NCBI GenBank assembly: GCA_965230395.1
Contig: CBDDKV010000002.1
Span: 365,905 to 429,904 of the forward strand
Direction: 5' to 3'
Source of the DNA: Bacteroidales bacterium
GTDB taxonomy: Bacteria; Bacteroidota; Bacteroidia; Bacteroidales; UBA10428
DNA length: 64,000 nt
Part shown: positions 61,140 through 64,000 of the stretch, one piece after another
Layout of the letters: the number at the start of each line of letters is the position of its first letter
How positions within the stretch are numbered: the stretch's first letter is position 1
Notes under the pieces: generated by a model
The model's input: the letters and a program-made list of their open reading frames with translations, nothing else
Databases searched by the model: none
Told to the model about the DNA's origin: nothing
Translations under genes and position numbers: made by a program

Positions 61140-63764
61140 TCAACTTAATTCAATACCGATAAGTAATACATCATCAATTTGTTTATTGTCGGCCATCCAT
61201 TTTTCAAAATCTTTTGCAAAAAAAGTATTAAATTCTTCCATTGTCAAGTTTTTATTCTCAACAATTTGTTCTCTGATTCTTCTGGGGGAGTATTTTTTTA
61301 TGTCTGGTCCCCCCAGTTGGTCGGGTAGCCCATCTGAGAAATAGAAAATTTTATCGCCTGTTTGATATTGTATTACATGATTAGTAAAGTCTTTTTCAAC
61401 TTTTTTTCTGTGTGGAATTCCTCCGATAGCCTTTCGATCTCCTTTGAATTCTTGTAATTCCCCGTTTCTTAGAAGGTACAAAGGACGGTGAGCCCCACTA
61501 TATTGAATCTCTTTTTTGTTTTTGTCAATCCTGCATAATGCTATGTCCATTCCGTCTCTTGCTTCCGCATTACTATGATCTTGTTTCAGGGTTGTTCGCA
61601 CACGGTGATGAAGTTCATCTAAAATGCTGGAGGCGGAATGTTCTTTATCGTGGTCCACAATGTTGTTTAACAGGAAGTATCCTATAAAAGACAAAAGTGC
61701 CCCCGGAACTCCGTGTCCCGTACAATCAACAGCCGCAATATAGGTAATATCTTCTTTTTGGAAAAACCAGGGAAAATCTCCACTAACCACGTCTCTCGGA
61801 CGGTAAAACATGAAAGATTCAGGAAGATACTCCCGTATTACCCTGTTATCGGGAAGAATAGAAGTCTGAATCCGTTGAGCATAGTTTATGGAATCTTCAA
61901 TTTTCCTGTTCTTATCCTGAATTTCCAGTTCTATTCTCTTGGCTTCTGTTATGTCGTGGCCAACAAAAAGAATGGTTTCCAGTTCGTTTTCATTAAATTC
62001 CGGTATGGCATCAAAGCTCATTATTCGTTCTTCTTTCTTACCTTCTTTAATAACAGGGATTGTTATTTCTGCATTAGCTTTTACCGGACTGTTTTTTATT
62101 TGTTCAATTGTTTCTCGAAAGTAGTTAAATAGTACTTCGGAGAATTCAACTTCATTTAGTGTTTTATTTATTAAATCCTGACTGTCAATTCCAAGATAAT
62201 CCTGGGTAACCGGGTTTGCGTAAAAGAACTGTCCAACAGTGCTTAACCGCATTATCATATCAAGGGAGTTTTCCGATAATGCCTGCATTTTGCTTCGCAT
62301 CCGTTCTTCCTTTTCGGCCCTTTTTCTTTCGGTTATGTCGGTTGAATTGAGGATAATCCCGTTTATTGCTTTATCGTGTAAGAGGTTACGGCCTGTAGTT
62401 TCAAGGTATATTTTCTGGCCGTTCTTTTTCATGTATGTATACTGGATAGTAACAGGCTGCTTGGGTTTTTCAATAAGTTGATTGAACATATCCCGCATGG
62501 CTGTTTCCCCTTTTCTGGTTAGGCGGTCCATATCTTTACCGCTCATCATTTCTTCAGGTGTATATCCAAGGATGCTGACTACAGAGGGGCTCTCGTAGAT
62601 AATTTGGAAGTCTCTATTGTATATTGATATAATCTCGGATGCATTTTCAAGGAGAGAGTGGAGTCTTTTTTGGGCATCTTCCACCTTCTGGATATTTGCT
62701 TCGAGCTGTTCATTTGATTTTTGAAGCTCTTCCTGGGTTGCCCTCATTTCTTCTGCATTCTGCCTTAACTGCTCTTCATTTTCCTGAAGTTCGGCCGTCA
62801 TTTTCTGGGCTTCCTGAAGAAGTTTCTCTGTCCGGCTGTTTACCTTAAGGTTAAAAACAGTTCGGGCAATTACTTCACCCAGTTCTTTAAGAAACCGTAT
62901 GGTTAATTCGTCTAATTTTTCTTTAATGGAAGCAAATTCTATAACACCATGCAGTTTTTCATCGGCGATAAGGGGAACGAGTAATATGCTTTTGGGTTTT
63001 TGTTCTCCTAATATACCGGAAGTGATTGTTGTATAATTATCAGGAATTTCTGTCCGGTAGATATAATCCATTTCGTAAGCACACTCGCCAATTAAACCAT
63101 GTCCGATTTTAAATTCCTGGTTTACAAATTTTTTTCTGTTATAGGCATAGGTGGCTACGTTTCTAAGAATTTTCTTCTCATCATCATAGATATACATAGC
63201 CCCCTGAACAACGTTAAGATATTTTACAAGCTCATGTATTACCTTTACAGATAGTTCTTCAACCTTGTTGTGTTTCCTAAGAATATCGGAAACAACTTCT
63301 TTTCCTTCAGCTATCCAGCTTTGTTGTGTTTCCTTTTCGTTGTTCTCAGACAGGTTATCACGCATTAGTAAAAGTGACTGGGCTAATACGTTATTGTATT
63401 TATCGGTGTTAAGTGTTGAGTTGAAATTCCCTTCTCCAATTTGCTTTGCGAATTCAGCCATGGTGTCCATGAGCTCTTCCCGCTTCTTAATTTCTTGTTT
63501 AAAATTGTCTTTTTCGGCTTTTTTCTGAATCATAAGAACAATCACAAGAGCATATGCAACAAACGGGAAAATATCAATTAAAAGAAGTGATGGACTAGTC
63601 TGGTGAATATTTACAATCCCACTAAATGTAATAGGTGTTTTGGTTGTAACAAATTGGACAACCCACGAAAAGAATATGAATATAATTCCAAGGGATAAAA
63701 CCAAATGAGACAGATTTGTCTGACTTTCTGTTAGTTTATTGAATATGTTTTTATTGTCCTTCAT
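61140..63764 (-). CDS. SiaA-like membrane PP2C/SpoIIE phosphatase (2TM-HAMP-like-GAF-coiled coil-PAS-PAS-PP2C)
   Basis: YAQRIQ, VSGDF, DCTGHGVPGA, DGMD, FSDGLPDQ and DDVLL PPM motifs; GAF 'GHGLIGECA'; two 'DITE' PAC ends. Confidence 0.9.
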   Translation of the reverse strand: MKDNKNIFNKLTESQTNLSHLVLSLGIIFIFFSWVVQFVTTKTPITFSGIVNIHQTSPSLLLIDIFPFVAYALVIVLMIQKKAEKDNFKQEIKKREELMDTMAEFAKQIGEGNFNSTLNTDKYNNVLAQSLLLMRDNLSENNEKETQQSWIAEGKEVVSDILRKHNKVEELSVKVIHELVKYLNVVQGAMYIYDDEKKILRNVATYAYNRKKFVNQEFKIGHGLIGECAYEMDYIYRTEIPDNYTTITSGILGEQKPKSILLVPLIADEKLHGVIEFASIKEKLDELTIRFLKELGEVIARTVFNLKVNSRTEKLLQEAQKMTAELQENEEQLRQNAEEMRATQEELQKSNEQLEANIQKVEDAQKRLHSLLENASEIISIYNRDFQIIYESPSVVSILGYTPEEMMSGKDMDRLTRKGETAMRDMFNQLIEKPKQPVTIQYTYMKKNGQKIYLETTGRNLLHDKAINGIILNSTDITERKRAEKEERMRSKMQALSENSLDMIMRLSTVGQFFYANPVTQDYLGIDSQDLINKTLNEVEFSEVLFNYFRETIEQIKNSPVKANAEITIPVIKEGKKEERIMSFDAIPEFNENELETILFVGHDITEAKRIELEIQDKNRKIEDSINYAQRIQTSILPDNRVIREYLPESFMFYRPRDVVSGDFPWFFQKEDITYIAAVDCTGHGVPGALLSFIGYFLLNNIVDHDKEHSASSILDELHHRVRTTLKQDHSNAEARDGMDIALCRIDKNKKEIQYSGAHRPLYLLRNGELQEFKGDRKAIGGIPHRKKVEKDFTNHVIQYQTGDKIFYFSDGLPDQLGGPDIKKYSPRRIREQIVENKNLTMEEFNTFFAKDFEKWMADNKQIDDVLLIGIELS

Positions 63765-63769
63765 AAAGT

Positions 63770-64000
63770 CTACGACCTAATAGTTTGTGATACTTTTTCT
63801 GATATTTTCTTCAAAGCACCTTCTAACACCAATTTGTCTGTTTCATCAAAATTAGAAAAAGAAGCTAATTCAAAAACACATAAAACACCAGAGTTTAGAA
63901 CAACTGGTGCTATTATTAGTTCTTTAGGTTTTGCTTCACCTAATCCTGACTCAATTTTAAAGTATTCTTCAGGTATGTCGGAAATATAAGAAATTTCGCC
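63770..64000 (-). CDS. 3' end of a GAF-domain protein (truncated by window edge; absent from ORF track)
   Basis: Open frame GEISYISDIPEEYFKIESGLGEAKPKELIIAPVVLNSGVLCVFELASF...TIRS*, ending 5 nt before the phosphatase ATG. Confidence 0.85.
   Translation of the reverse strand, partial: GEISYISDIPEEYFKIESGLGEAKPKELIIAPVVLNSGVLCVFELASFSNFDETDKLVLEGALKKISEKVSQTIRS

Overview
AT-rich chromosomal window from a Bacteroidota genome, probably an environmental Bacteroidales-type lineage. The evidence is TTTG-N19-21-TAnnTTTG promoters, T9SS C-terminal sorting domains and the rplM-rpsI-rpsB-tsf-pyrH-frr gene order. In order it holds: the 3' end of a PKD/T9SS protein; a MacAB-TolC-type export operon with three adaptor paralogues, one split at an A8 tract; LOG; a beta-helix lipoprotein; class II RNR nrdJ; tRNA-Leu; mpl; two tandem tRNA-Glu units; a 12 kb signalling cluster (three hybrid kinases, two family-3 solute-binding proteins with an unexplained Cys/His C-terminal module, and a decayed third copy of that module); asnB; a TIGR01777 protein; a 57-aa wHTH gene missing from the ORF track; nadB; purD; a large SBBP/SprB T9SS protein; a surface-glycan locus (2x DUF6625-like, 2x sulfotransferase, 2x GT4, deacetylase, a motif-degenerate DUF2723, O-antigen ligase); and translation genes. 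The most interesting element is at the right end: a SiaA/SiaB/SiaC-like phosphatase/kinase/Thr68 switch with no SiaD diguanylate cyclase. An ABCG-type transporter (TerB-like and possibly FHA-like N-terminus), a lipoprotein and a small secreted protein follow it instead. No CRISPR array, rRNA, integrase or transposase was seen. Family assignments come from motif recognition by eye, not from database searches.
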